Shown: positions 12,680-24,671 of the stretch, in pieces
Position numbering within the stretch: the first letter of the stretch is position 1
Layout of the letters: each line of letters opens with the position of its first letter
Source of the DNA: Amphiscolops sp. MND2022
Lineage: Eukaryota
DNA: 64,000 bases
Reading direction: 5' to 3'
Assembly: GCA_964187785.1 (NCBI GenBank)
Contig: OZ076420.1
Coordinates: 26,722,001 to 26,786,000 of the forward strand
The notes under the pieces: generated by a model
Told to the model about the DNA's origin: nothing
What the model saw: only the letters and a program-made list of their open reading frames with translations
The model's database searches: none
Translations under genes and position numbers: made by a program

Positions 12680-14190
12680 TGTCGTAGGCTGCCGCCTGTG
12701 ACGGCAATTGCCACCAGATCCTATTGGAAGGGGATAATACAAATCCCCCTCCCGGAGTTTTACCAACTTAGACCTATTGGACGTCTAGTCCGATCAGCCA
12801 CAACAAACATTAATGTTACTATAATGAAATACGTTATAATTAGTACGAAATCTGTGCCTATTAAACTGGAAAATTGCTGTAGTACTATTACACAATGTAA
12901 ATTTGCAGCAAATTAATAGAAAAACAATGAGTACGTATACACAATACGGAAGGAAACAAGTTCAAATTAACTCATCCTTTAATCAAATGTACACTCATCG
13001 CTAGACCTATTGACCAATCAAATTGCAGTAATTTGCTGTAGCTCCGCGGACTGAACGTCTGCCGCGGTGGAAATTATACGTAACACGGCCAGCACAGTAT
13101 TAGAATGAGGCCGTGTGGACCTACTAGTAAGGTCCACTACAGTTAATTATGGTGATGACATGTGTTTCCACATTTAATTAACATGAAAAGTTGTGAATTA
13201 GTATTAGTTATGAACATGAAATGTTGCTACATATTATTTTGTCGGCTTAACCGACTGATACCTTTTGATGTAATGACGTCACTATTACACATTTCCAAAT
13301 GAGTGCTATTTTTAGTATTTACGTCTATAATTAGTAACGTGACACGCAGAATTTTGTCCGTCATCCCTCTCAAACTATAAATAGGAGGGATGGACGGTTC
13401 ATGGGATCTTTTTGAAATATCTCGATTACAAACCAGCTGCTACTGTTAATTCTGTTTGATAAGATCCCATTTTTCCAAATACCACTTGACGTTGTGTTCA
13501 CTTATACCGTAATTTTCACAATTCACTGTTGAAATACTAACATTCTTTCTATGCCTTCGAATAGGAAGCAAAAGGCCTAAGAGAGGCGCACTGCAATTGG
13601 ACATCATGTCTGATGTTGAAAACGTAGATATTATGTTGGGAAGTTAGTCTAGAGATGGAGAAAGGAATGACCATAGTGAAAGTGAATTGAACTTGGACTC
13701 AGGGTCCGTCAGACATCAGCAAAGTTCTAACTTAATTGGAGAGGACTTTAGGTCATTACTTAATACAAATATTAGAGAGAATAGTGAAATGACTATTAAG
13801 ACAACTAGAATGATTAGTGAAGAGATCTCCAACCAGATGTCTGGAAAACTCAATGAGATTAAATCAAGCTTGAATTCTCAGATTCAGGATGCTATTACGA
13901 CAGCAATAACTGAGGAAGTACTCCCTTCCATCCAAAACACGTTAGATACTCAGAGGAGGACTAATTCCACCGTGGTGGAACGAGAGTCCAACGGGCTACA
14001 CGAAAGCCCAAAGGCGGCTAATTACACCGCGGTGGACCGAAGGTCCAGTGGGCTACAAAGGAATCCCGAAGTTGAAAATACCCAAAAATCATGGGACAAT
14101 CACCCCAAAACGTGTTATACACAGGAAACTGCGGACAAATGTCCCGCCAGAGTTCTGTAGACTCTAATAGTAGCGAATAAAATCGCGACA
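12680..14190 (+). mobile_element. Solo LTR (1511 bp) of the long-LTR Gypsy family
   Basis: TGTCG...CGACA termini; perfect 5-bp TSD CTGAG (12675-12679 and 14191-14195); the 5' end is homologous to LTR D. Confidence 0.9.
13551..14190 (+). pseudogene. Decayed LTR-encoded gag N-terminus (MPSNRKQKA...)
   Basis: Same basic start and coiled-coil region as the ORF at 61620-62228; contains internal stops; runs to the LTR end. Confidence 0.7.
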
Positions 14191-14376
14191 CTGAGTTTAT
14201 TCAGCATCGTCAAAGATTGTTTGCTTTGTGAATATTGAAGTGTTCAAGGGCCAGGTTTCACCTTTCAACGATGGAATCCTGACAAAAGTGGTGAATGTCA
14301 CATAATCATTTGAAACGAAGGATTTATCATAGAAAATCGCCTGGTTTTTAAAATTTCTGGTCCATGTTTTCCAGTA

Positions 14377-14548
14377 TTAATTTGGCAAAATTCTGTATAG
14401 GAAGAAGTTGTAGAGCATTGACAGCACAAGAATACATGAGATGACCACAATCAAGATGGCTCCGAATATTCTTGAAGTTCCCGCTTTGGCTTTCAGCTCT
14501 TGAGTTTCCTTTTTGCCTTTAGGAAGCAGTGGAAGGAACAAAATAAAA
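14377..14548 (-). CDS. BT1/FBT transporter, exon 8 (terminal)
   Basis: FILFLPLLPKGKKETQELKAKAGTSRIFGAIL...PN*; LLP.xK.ETQEL is typical of FBT C-termini. Confidence 0.85.
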
Positions 14549-15560
14549 CTTCAAGCGAATCAGGGATGTTAAAATTATAGAAATTGACGCAATTTTGGAC
14601 TCGCTAAATTATTCCAAAACTGTTTTGATGATTTGGACCATAGACGATGGTCAAGACTTTTGATTGTTTTCCGCGCGAAATGACACCTGCAAGTGCATTT
14701 TGACAGTTTCAAATGAGTGCTCCTAGAAAAAGCAGGACCAGTCATATTTGAATATTAAATGATGAACTCAACGTCTTCAATGTTCGAATACTTCAACTAC
14801 CAATTTTTTTTTTCAAAAAAATGAGATGGTTTCGATAATTTTGCTTCTGGTAGAATTTTTGGGGGGAGACAAATCAAAGCCAGATGCTCTAAGGTTCCAA
14901 AAAGCTAAAAACATCAAATCTCAAATTTTTCTAAAATCAAGTGACAAGATAGTCCCAAATGGAAAACTGTCTCCAAGTTTGAATAGATTTACAGGGGTGT
15001 TTTTGTTTTGATATCAAACAAAGGATAGAAAACTTAAAACAGCTTTTTTTACTGTGGGCATTTTCTGAAATTTATCGTGCAATCTCAAAAGGAGCTGGTC
15101 ATAAAAAATGTTTGCAGCAAACTTTGTACCTTTTACTCAGATGTCTAACGCTTGACTTTAACATTTTTTTGGAAACGAGCTCCTCGAACATTTACACCGC
15201 AAAACGATCACATAAAGCGAATTCTTCCTTTTCACTTCATAAAATATTGTTTCGACGGAATTACAGCTGTTTTAGGCTGCTCATTTTTCAAGAAAGTATT
15301 TTCAAAAAATCGTTAGAGGTGAAAGGAAAAAAACGGTGTCAAGGGTACAAAAGTGATCCAGGGGAAGTTTCCATTCTGACCAGTACTTGTCGAGATTTTG
15401 CCTAATTAAGTTCAATTTTTGTTAGCTATATCGAGTGTTTTCACCTTCGTCGAACACTAGTGTATCCAACGCATCGAGGTATTCTAACTACCATTTCCAG
15501 AGCATGGTAGATTCGGAAAACTCCTAAAATAATAATTTTCTGATAAGTTAATTAGCATCC

Positions 15561-15741
15561 CTGGTGTTGCATGTAAAGATGATGATGTACTGAAGTGCAA
15601 CCATCATGCGGTCAGAGTGACTGTCTCTGTCGAAGCGGTGGTGGTCACTCACGTCGAAGGGGTATGCCAACAAGTTGGCTAAAATGGGACCCAGCGACGA
15701 GCTCGCATTCACTGATGTAGTCAGCACTGAATATGACAGAC
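15561..15741 (-). CDS. BT1/FBT transporter, exon 7
   Basis: GLSYSVLTTSVNASSSLGP; CTCAG acceptor; the donor is apparently non-canonical GG. Confidence 0.82.
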
Positions 15742-16074
15742 CTGAGACAAAATGCAATCAAGTACTTTCTACATTCAATATAAAATTTGATATAAGAGTG
15801 ATGGATATTCAAGTTGTCGCCTATTGGAAGTGCAGTTTTGCGGTATAATAGAAACTTCGATCAAAAACTGACTGTTTGCCTAACTGAACATTCATTTTGT
15901 CAAACGACATTTTTTTCCGAAAAAAGCGGAAGTAAAATATAATGCTCAAGAAAGAGGCACGTGGTTGTTATTTGCTGCCCACATATAATGAGGGAGGGAA
16001 TTCATAATCTGTGTTGCGTTTTTTTCCAAATTTTGCCAAATCTCCAATTTATTACTTAATTTGATAAATTCTAG

Positions 16075-16200
16075 TCACCATGACGCAGTTGGTATTGCGG
16101 CTGCCTGACAGACACGAGGTTCGAACCCATGATGAGGCGTTACATTTTCAGCGGAAAACAAACCCGGAGGTGCTTACCGGGTGTCTTGTTTAACATAATC
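16075..16200 (+). mobile_element. tRNA-derived SINE-like sequence
   Basis: A-box-like TGACGCAGTTGG (16081) and B-box GGTTCGAACCC (16118); no complete cloverleaf or CCA; 3' boundary uncertain. Confidence 0.5.
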
Positions 16201-16215
16201 TTAAGGAGGTGAAAT

Positions 16216-16747
16216 CCCTTGTTGAAACTATTTGAACTTTATGCATGTACTTTAATGTTGCCAGCAACTTTCATCATGATTTTCTAAAGCTCTTACGGAA
16301 ACGTTCATGCGAAAATCTTTCCCTGTTGTATTTAACTTTTACCAAGCTGCTTCAAAGATTCATGGTTTGCAGGTTTCTGAAGTTTTGCAGGTTTCATTAA
16401 GCAGCAGCTATAATTTTGCAAGCAAATAAACTGTTATCAGTTTTACCGCTAATATATTGCAAAATAATTTCAGGCGCGTAGTAAACTGCAAATTTGCGTC
16501 ATGTTTAACGTGCTATTTGAGAAGCGATGATCACATCAGATGAGTAGTTAAGAAAACAAAGAGTGAATAGAAAGTGATCATATTGAAAATATTGTATAAT
16601 TTATTTTCAAATTTAATTGCAGTACTGGAAAACGAAGTGTAATTGTGCATGATTTACCACCCAAAGTTCTCTGAATTTTCCAGGTTAAAAAAATACCCTG
16701 CATTCAGGCCTGCAGCATGTAAAAAGTTCCTGCAGTTTCAACTAGGG
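16216..16747. mobile_element. Possible MITE
   Basis: 14-bp terminal inverted repeat CCCT(T/A)GTTGAAACT with 13/14 matching; TSD not clear. Confidence 0.3.
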
Positions 16748-16991
16748 ATGTGAACCCTATCAAAAAGTTTTGCGACATCAATTGAACTTTATCATAACTT
16801 GTTGCATTTGTTTCCTGTCGAAAGTGTTGGGTTTTGACTACTGTTTTTAACTATATTACAGAAAACGTTCTCCCCTTATGTCGAAAACTAAGTTACGATC
16901 GGGCCTAAAAGAGCCGGAATTTTCAGGCGTGATTCAAATCAGAAAAAAAACGTTTGAGTGTTTGAAATTATCATTTGAAAAAAATTCGAAC

Positions 16992-17445
16992 CTTCATTGT
17001 CGGACTCTGATATCTCTATGAATAGCAACAAGACACATATGTAGGATACGCCTTGAAAAAACTGAATTCCCATGCCATCTATCACGTAGATGTACTGGTT
17101 TCTGATGACGTCAAAGATCACGATGTAGGTAACAGTGGCATTTGCCAAAACCCGAACTAGGGAAGTGATGGCGAATGTTGCAACCCAGCTATAGTCAATG
17201 AGGTATGTGGCGAACACAGTGGAACCTACAGAGAACATGACACCCCCAAGAACACCGACAAGCACGTTATTGGTCAAATTGTCTACCCCCACCCATTTTC
17301 GTTGAATCATGGAATCAGCTGGGGAAGAAACAGCGGTAAGAATTGCCACCGAAATTTGGAACACCAAAATCTGTTGAATGGCTTTAGATTTGAAGAGAGT
17401 CCAGGTTTTGGAAGCAACGTGTAGGACAGTATTCCGCTCCTTGAC
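16992..17445 (-). CDS. BT1/FBT transporter, exon 6
   Basis: Several TM helices, RNQY motif, ends IEISESDNEG; phase 0 in, phase 1 out. Confidence 0.88.
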
Positions 17446-17859
17446 CTTGAACAGAAATAAGAATGTGATCATGGAAGTTTGTGAAGGTTGTCACGTCTGA
17501 AGACAAAAATTCTCTGAGTTGATAAGAACTAAGTGGGCGTTTTTAAAAATTCAATAGCAAGTTCTACCATGTTCAACTAAGGCTCAGAAATTTTTCATCC
17601 TTCTGCGTGTAAGAGAAAAGCCAACGCAAACGTGTCAATGTCAATTGTAAAAAACTGAACGACGACAATCGATGACAAGTTTTGATTTGATATAGAAGTT
17701 AGACAAAGCCAACATGTGACCAAGAGCATAATTTAGCGCTGTCTTGGTCTGAAACGGAACTGGGAATCTTAAACAGCTCAAAATAAACCGTCGTCTATGC
17801 ACGGAAAAAAAATTTATAATAATTTTCTTTTTTTTCCAAATTAAAGTGAATAGGTGAAC

Positions 17860-18188
17860 CTTTTCTTCCGTTGTCATGAACATCACAGTCGGCACTGCGA
17901 GACAACTGACTAAGGCTGTTAACAGAAAAATGTGTGTGAGATCTATCCCATTGCACCAGGGGCCACTGTAGTCGTACCAGTTGAGACCAAACCCCTTGAC
18001 CAGAGATCCAACCACCATCCCAATTTGGCGAGTTACATATATCATGGTCTGGGCGGCACCCCTTTTCTTCATCGACTCCCTGCGTGCATACTGGACCATG
18101 AGCCCATCCATTGCAACAACACTGAGAACCAAGAAGAGGTTGAGGAGAAAGAGGAGCGTCATGTACTTGTAGGACTCTTTTTTGTAGT
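17860..18188 (-). CDS. BT1/FBT transporter, exon 5
   Basis: VVAMDGLMVQYARRESMKKRGAAQTMIY is the MFS/BT1 D-G..R-E..RG..Q motif; phases fit. Confidence 0.9.
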
Positions 18189-18374
18189 CTAAAAAATGAA
18201 TTTTTGCCTCTTTTGAATAAAAGATGAAATAATTGAGTCCACTTGCAGGTATTTGGAAGTTGGAGTGTGAATATTGCAACAATATCGATAGATCAATATA
18301 ATCAGATCTGGCCGATATATTCGATTCAACCTGGAAAATTCCATGATATTGCTATGTGAACAGCTCGTACTCAC

Positions 18375-18451
18375 ATTCTTCCGTGTTTTCCTTGATGATT
18401 CCTTTGACGTCGCAGTTGCCCTTCTCAATTTCAACTGGGTCGTGGTAGAAT
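18375..18451 (-). CDS. BT1/FBT transporter, exon 4
   Basis: TTCCAG acceptor (phase 2) and GTGAGT donor (phase 1), consistent with both neighbours. Confidence 0.8.
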
Positions 18452-18719
18452 CTGGAAAAACACGGTGATGCAGAAACTAGAGGTCAGCCAGTCCATACAA
18501 AAACAGATTAAAAAATACAATAGATCATAAAAAGTCATACATGGTGATATTTGAGATCAGCGAATACGAAAAACGAAACAAAATGAAACATAAATTGACA
18601 ATAGTATTGCCATTGGGAATAATTATTCTTGTATTTTAGTCTTTGTATGGAACAAATAAATTTCATAAACTTTTTTTTAATGAACACATGTCTTCCATAC
18701 ATAGAATGAAGTTATTTAT

Positions 18720-18880
18720 TGTAGAGGACATAGACAATCTACATAATTAGTCTACTTTTGTTGCTATACCAAATTACTACGATGCTCTTTTATTAAATAC
18801 CTGCCCACTTAGTGCAGATGATATTCGATCATAAAGAATTGGCATTAAGCTAGAATACAGTTGAGTTTGAATGGAAATAT
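18720..18880 (+). repeat. 5' LTR of element E (3' end, PBS and gag start deleted)
   Basis: About 93% identical to 37943-38100, then jumps directly into gag coding sequence. Confidence 0.8.
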
Positions 18881-19010
18881 CAAATGAAAGTATGGACAAA
18901 TTGCTATCACGGAGATGACAAAAACGGTCAGAGAAAGAGAACCGAGCTCATTACCGCTCCGCAAACTTTATACACTCTTTCGACTACACTTCACCCCAGA
19001 AAAGAATGTA

Positions 19011-19273
19011 AGTAGTGTAGGAAATGGGATTTGACGCCAGCGCGAAGGGCGCAAGCTGGCTCACTTCGCTCGATCATCTCGCTTCGCTCGATTCTCTCAC
19101 TTCATTCACCCCCTTGCTTAGCCATTCGCTTCGCTCATGGCTACCTCGCGCTAACGTCAAATCCCATTTCCTACACTACTTCCTCACCCTCCTTACACCC
19201 TTCAAGCTAATATCAAATCCCCCTTTCTATACTACTAGGCATTACTCAAAACTCAAGGACACTCACTATCACA
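19011..19273 (+). repeat. Left TIR of the Polinton
   Basis: Reverse complement of 32664-32926 with 4 mismatches seen. Confidence 0.95.
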
Positions 19274-19325
19274 CTAACATTAAAATACAAAAAATTATCT
19301 AAACTAACTACATTAAAATTTTACA

Positions 19326-22300
19326 TTACATCCAAGGAATGTTTACTATGTTGTTTATATAAAGTCTTTTCTCATCGAAGGCAGATAAACAATTCTTTGT
19401 TACCTTTTGAAGAAACATATCATGATTCATAGATTTGATTATATAGTTTTCACATTCTTTTTTATAATCACCCCCAAACAAACAATTATAATATTCTTCA
19501 AACTTTATATTCTTACTCTGAGATTTTGAGATACCTTTTAGTTTGTTAGAACTTTCACCACCACATTTATATGCATAAGCTTTACTTCTCAAACAGATGA
19601 ACTCATCAATACAAATACTTCCAGGCGTTTCAATTTTAAATTTACCAACTACTTTCTTATTTTTTTCACTAAACAATTCATGCTCTCTGTTTAAATTGCT
19701 GAAATCAAATAAATCTCTGAGATTCTGCAAGTCGTTAACGATATCCTGAGTTTTAATACTTAATACCATGCTATCGCAGTCGGTATAGTGAAGTTGAATA
19801 TTCTCTTCTCCAAAATATGGTTGAAATTTATCATAGTAGGTCTCATACATCAACAGCTTACTCAACTCCAACACACTAAATCCAAGATATATTGGCTTAT
19901 CCATCAGAACCTCATTCATCTTAAACGTGAAACTATCATATTTCTCATAACACTTATGGATCCCATTAAACGTCAATTTAGACTGCCACTTGACCATCTT
20001 CTCTTCTTCATCCTTTTTTATAAACTCAATCTTACTCCTATTTCGCACATTCTCCATCGTCTTCCCATAGAACGCATTATTCAATAGTTTATAGAAATCT
20101 TTCTCGAAATCGTTTTTTGTCTTATTCCTTTTCTGAGTATTGAAATTGATATACTTCTCTAACCACTTACTATGCTTAAAAGAAATCACTTCATAAACTT
20201 TTTCAACAATCATCCCATGCCTCACATAGAACTTCAACATTCGATAATGAACCAGATACTTTTTCTTATCCATCCAATCACAAATTAACTTTTTACATTT
20301 GGTATGACTATCCACCTTCATTTTCTTCATATAGTCAGTAAACTTATCATGAGATGAAAATTTATTTTCTGGGCAGAATGGGAAGTTCTTAGTCTTCTCT
20401 CTTATCCCCTCAGGATATTTCAAATCTACTTCAACAAAATATCCAACCTCACTATCATCTGAAGTATTTAATATATCTTCTAACTTAACATCACCATCAA
20501 ATTTTATATCACCATATGGCAAATACTGACTCATCGCCCACCCATATAGATTATTAGCATCAATATATAAAATCTTTTTGTTTTCATCTGATTTAACATA
20601 TCTTTCTCCCATGACAGATGAAATCCCACCTCTAATATTATTCTCTAACAGTAAGATCATATCTTTACCTTGAAGTGTTTGCAGATTGATTCCAGTATAT
20701 TTCAATCCACATTCCCAAGTATATCAGGAAGACTAACACAATATAACGGATTGATTTTAAATTCGTTTAATGATACCTTTATGAACTTCTCAAACACATC
20801 TGCGAACAAAACAACATCAGTTTTCAAATACAACTCAGTCAACTCCTTTCCAGTTTTATTCTTAAAGGTTTCAATGATCTCATTTGTTCTCTGAATCTCA
20901 CTATCTTGAGGATATCCATTTTTCAATTTACTGAAATAATCATCTTTTACAAGATCCTTAACTGACAACTCATAATCATCAAGAGATTTAAAATATTCAT
21001 AAGGATAAGCCAACTTCTTATTCAGGAGTTCCCAATTACTAGGAAACTCTCTCCTCAGAATTGTCAGCTCATCAACTGTTTTAACCAACCCATCTAAACT
21101 ACTTGATAAAAATCTATATGATTCTATAAATCTAATACAACCATATGAAATTGATATATATTCTTCATTTGTCTTAGGTATAACATGAAGGGGAACATTA
21201 TCTGATTTTTTATCAATCAATGTTTTAAAGAACAAGTGACAATCATAGTTACTGAAGTTGTGAAACATGAATGGTATGAAATTACTCTGTTTCTGTTTCA
21301 CATTTATATTACACTTTTAATGTGCAGCCCCTCGATACCTACCAGTCAGATGACAATGATCTCTGACAGCTTTCCCATCTAAAGGAAGTTCACAGAACCA
21401 ACAATGAGTACTATTCTTGAAATCTTCCTCATCTTCTTGAGTCATCACAATCTCTTTCTGAGTATTCTTAAAATAGAAATTCATTTTGTTCTCAATCTTT
21501 ATAACTTCATTGACAAACCATTCAACATTATTCTCACCAAAGGTTGAGTGATATCCAGACTGTAGAACATCATTCATCTCAGATACTATGTAAAATCCAT
21601 TACACATTGGATTTTGTCTGAAAATGTTTGTGGTTTTATTACCTATGTTAGAATATTCTCTTTTATTATTACATTCGAAATCACCATAGATCCTGAAATA
21701 AAGTGGGATCTTATGAAAGTGCTTCTTCCACATTAAATGACTATCCTTGCTAACTCTGATGGCTGTGATATCTTGTTGCTTACATCTTTCAACATGTTTC
21801 ACCAAAACGTTTTCATTTGTAAAACAAGTTAGACATCGACGACAAACAAATTTAGCGTTCTTACTTCCTAAGAATACATGAAGTTTTTTAATGAGGGCAT
21901 AGTGATTTTTATATATCACCAAATCAATCACTGTTTCTGAATTGTTCTCACTAACCTCAATAGGAATCAATTTATGTTTCCACTTTATCCCTTCTTGATA
22001 GAACTGCAACTCAAATATATTAATAGTTAGATTATTCATCCTTTCAAATTTAGTGACATCTGAAGTCTTGAAGGGGAATTCCAATCCATCTGTTTTCAAT
22101 TCTCCAAAATATTCTCGATAGTTTGAAACCCTATTAGGGTGAGAATTCTCACAAGGATGAAGGTGAGCTGATATACTCCATAGAAAACAGTACTTATCAT
22201 CATTTTCAATGTTTAAAATAGCAGCGCTTCTAAGAGGTATTTTAACATAACTGCTACCGTTCAGTTCAACAGTTTTATAAAAGTATCTTATCATCAATGT

Positions 22301-22900
22301 AATTTTACAGAATCTCCAACCACTATCTTTCATCTCCAGATTTTCAATCAATGCACTTGTTTTTCCTTCTAGATCATATTTTTCAATATCACTCCAAGTT
22401 AAACTCTGATTGACCTCCAAACTAACATACTGTTCTAACTCTTCTTGAGTCTCCTTATTGAAAATAACTGAGAAGACAACTTGATATTTGAATTTGTATT
22501 GCTCAATTAACCTAGCATATATTGTTGACATTTCTTTGAAGATATTATTCAGATCGAGCAATTCAATAGGGAGTTCATATATAGGTTTGATAGTTATCTT
22601 ACTATTTAAGTGTTTGGGGTGGTGTTGATCAAGATTAACATCATATTGAGGTTCATATCTTTTAGAGAAGTAGTATGGATTTATCATATGTTTTGCCAAC
22701 TCTTTTTCTGAGAGATTGACTTTAGCTCTCGCTAATTGTTTTAGTGTTGGGACCGATCGCGCCCTTCGTTGTATAGGGTCTCCCGGTACAACGCCAATAT
22801 TGTGTAAATGAATTTTAGATTTCTCATGTCTCGAGAAGGATGATTTGTGAATGTGGTTACCGCACGCTTCACAATATTTCATATGATGTGTTGTGTCCAT
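19326..22900 (-). pseudogene. polB: Protein-primed family B DNA polymerase, with an in-frame TAA at 21317-21319 and a 1-nt deletion near 20725
   Basis: Exonuclease motifs YGDFEC and FHNFSNYD; polymerase motifs YIDANNLYGWAM, KLLNNAFYGKT and YTDCDS; three ORF-track pieces join as AAH*KCNINVKQ and SLP[G]YTWECGLKY. Confidence 0.95.
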
Positions 22901-22915
22901 TTACTATATAAAGTT

Positions 22916-23077
22916 TTATTCAATTGTTTTTTCTATTTTTATAGTAATCTCTATATTCCTCCGCTTCTTTTTCGGGGGAACATAGTCTTCATCTTCGCTC
23001 TCTGAGGTTTCATATTCCGATTCATCTTCAGAGAGCTCGCTTTCAGAATAGATTGTTTCACCTTCACTATCACTCAT
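22916..23077 (-). CDS. 53-aa acidic micro-protein with a PKKKRR NLS
   Basis: MSDSEGETIYSESELSEDESEYETSESEDEDYVPPKKKRRNIEITIKIEKTIE*; TATAAATG start; fills the gap between neighbouring genes. Confidence 0.6.
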   Translation of the reverse strand: MSDSEGETIYSESELSEDESEYETSESEDEDYVPPKKKRRNIEITIKIEKTIE

Positions 23078-23585
23078 TTATAAACAAGAAAACTTCTTTC
23101 GTCACATTTAATTTATCCCCCTTCATATATCTTAAAGCAGTTGCTATCAAGTCGTAATAAGTTATATTTTCATAATACCTAGCTGAGATCAACCACTTCA
23201 TCATCCTAAGTGCATAATCCCCAGATTTGTGAATTCCCTCAGATGCAGCGAAGGCATTTGTTTCAAAATCATCAGGCATATCATCAAACTTCTTTAAGAT
23301 CTCCTCTATAATATTTAATCTCTTCTGTTTAAGGTATGTTAGGACAGCTGCGAGAACGTCTATATCGTTAGTTTGTACTAGTGAGTTAATTTCAATACAT
23401 ATAGCTATTATTTTCGGGGTTGCATATGTTAACCTCCCTTTAAAGTTGATATTTTTTTTTCTTTGAACTTTTGTTAATTGGTTTTTTGGTTTTATAACAT
23501 TAAATTCACACACCAAACATGTGAATTCATACTCATATTCTATTAGAGCATTTCTATTACATCTCATACACATACTAGGATCCAT
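23070..23585 (-). CDS. Hypothetical protein with an N-terminal CxxC...CxxC zinc ribbon (171 aa)
   Basis: CMRCN...CLVCE; TAAATG start. Confidence 0.7.
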   Translation of the reverse strand: MDPSMCMRCNRNALIEYEYEFTCLVCEFNVIKPKNQLTKVQRKKNINFKGRLTYATPKIIAICIEINSLVQTNDIDVLAAVLTYLKQKRLNIIEEILKKFDDMPDDFETNAFAASEGIHKSGDYALRMMKWLISARYYENITYYDLIATALRYMKGDKLNVTKEVFLFINE

Positions 23586-23819
23586 TTATTTACTTTTTTT
23601 AATTCAATAATTTGAAGAGATCCATCATCTAATTCAATAATAGTTTTATTTTTTTATCTACTTTAACACCATACATGGCTTCATATTTTGTGTTCAATGA
23701 TTTTGGGGGAGATGTTTCTCTCAAAATTTTATCATCATTGATAATATACTTTGAATTATTAACCTCAGTATAAAATTTGTTATTTATATACTTAATTTAT
23801 TATATATTATTTACTTGAA

Positions 23820-24671
23820 TTAAATTTTCAGTTTTTTAATTACAGTTCCATTTTCTTCTAACGTTAATCTACTCTTCTTCAATAAAGCTTCGTTATAGCG
23901 TTCAGGTAAAAAATCAATATGATAGCTTGGTATGTTATCATAAATAACTTCAGTAATTTTGTAAAGTTTATAACTCCAATTTGTTGAATCACCCTTAGAG
24001 AAAATACTTCTTTTGTCTGCTGTTCTGACAAATTCTCCTACTTTGTATTTTGGTTTTCGTTTGTTTCTTTTGTCCACTAGATTATTATATATTTCCTCTT
24101 CATTTTTTCTTTTTGAAGCATCTATTGGGGTCATTTTTGTTGAATGATGAATGGTGTTATTATATTTCTTTATAACTAATGAAAGTTCGTCTAACCAATT
24201 AGCATTACCTTTCTCAAAAACAGGTTTTTTCAATAAGTTTCTAATTGTTCTATTAAACCTTTCTGCAAAAACTGCTCCTTTATTAGTATAACGACTATAT
24301 CTTTTAATATCATTAGGTTTTAGAAAATCATTAAAGGTTTTATTAACGAATTCTTTCCCATCATCTGTTTCTATTAAATTCGGTTTTCTCTTTGATTCGT
24401 TTATAAGGTTTGAAACTTCATCAGTTATCGTTTGAGCGAATTTATTTTTTAATGGCACTACCCATCCAAATTTACTAAAGTTGTCTATAACTACTAAGAT
24501 GTATCGATAACCTTTGTTGTTTTTAACTCCATAATCAATCATGTCTAGTAGATCCATACTCCAAGTATCATCAATGTGTTTCACAATGGTTTTGTTTGTT
24601 GAATAATTTTTCTTTGGAGGTCTGAAATAGATCTCAGTTATGAAGGTGTCAATCAGAGACTGTTTCACCAT
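23820..24671 (-). CDS. int: Retroviral-like (rve) DDE integrase, intact
   Basis: WSMDLLDM, IETDDGKEF, AERFNRT. Confidence 0.95.
   Translation of the reverse strand: MVKQSLIDTFITEIYFRPPKKNYSTNKTIVKHIDDTWSMDLLDMIDYGVKNNKGYRYILVVIDNFSKFGWVVPLKNKFAQTITDEVSNLINESKRKPNLIETDDGKEFVNKTFNDFLKPNDIKRYSRYTNKGAVFAERFNRTIRNLLKKPVFEKGNANWLDELSLVIKKYNNTIHHSTKMTPIDASKRKNEEEIYNNLVDKRNKRKPKYKVGEFVRTADKRSIFSKGDSTNWSYKLYKITEVIYDNIPSYHIDFLPERYNEALLKKSRLTLEENGTVIKKLKI

Noticed and set aside
16075-16135. Possible tRNA gene
   Set aside because: A and B boxes are present but there is no acceptor stem or anticodon arm; better explained as a SINE head.
17641-17859. 3' extension of the ORF 17641-18282
   Set aside because: Lies beyond the AAG|GTTCAC donor; phase 0 joins directly to exon 6, so this is intron.
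19024-19302. 92-94-aa ORFs in both Polinton TIRs (also 32629-32913)
   Set aside because: They mirror each other only because they lie in the TIR; no TAAATG context and no motif; likely chance frames in GC-richer repeat DNA.
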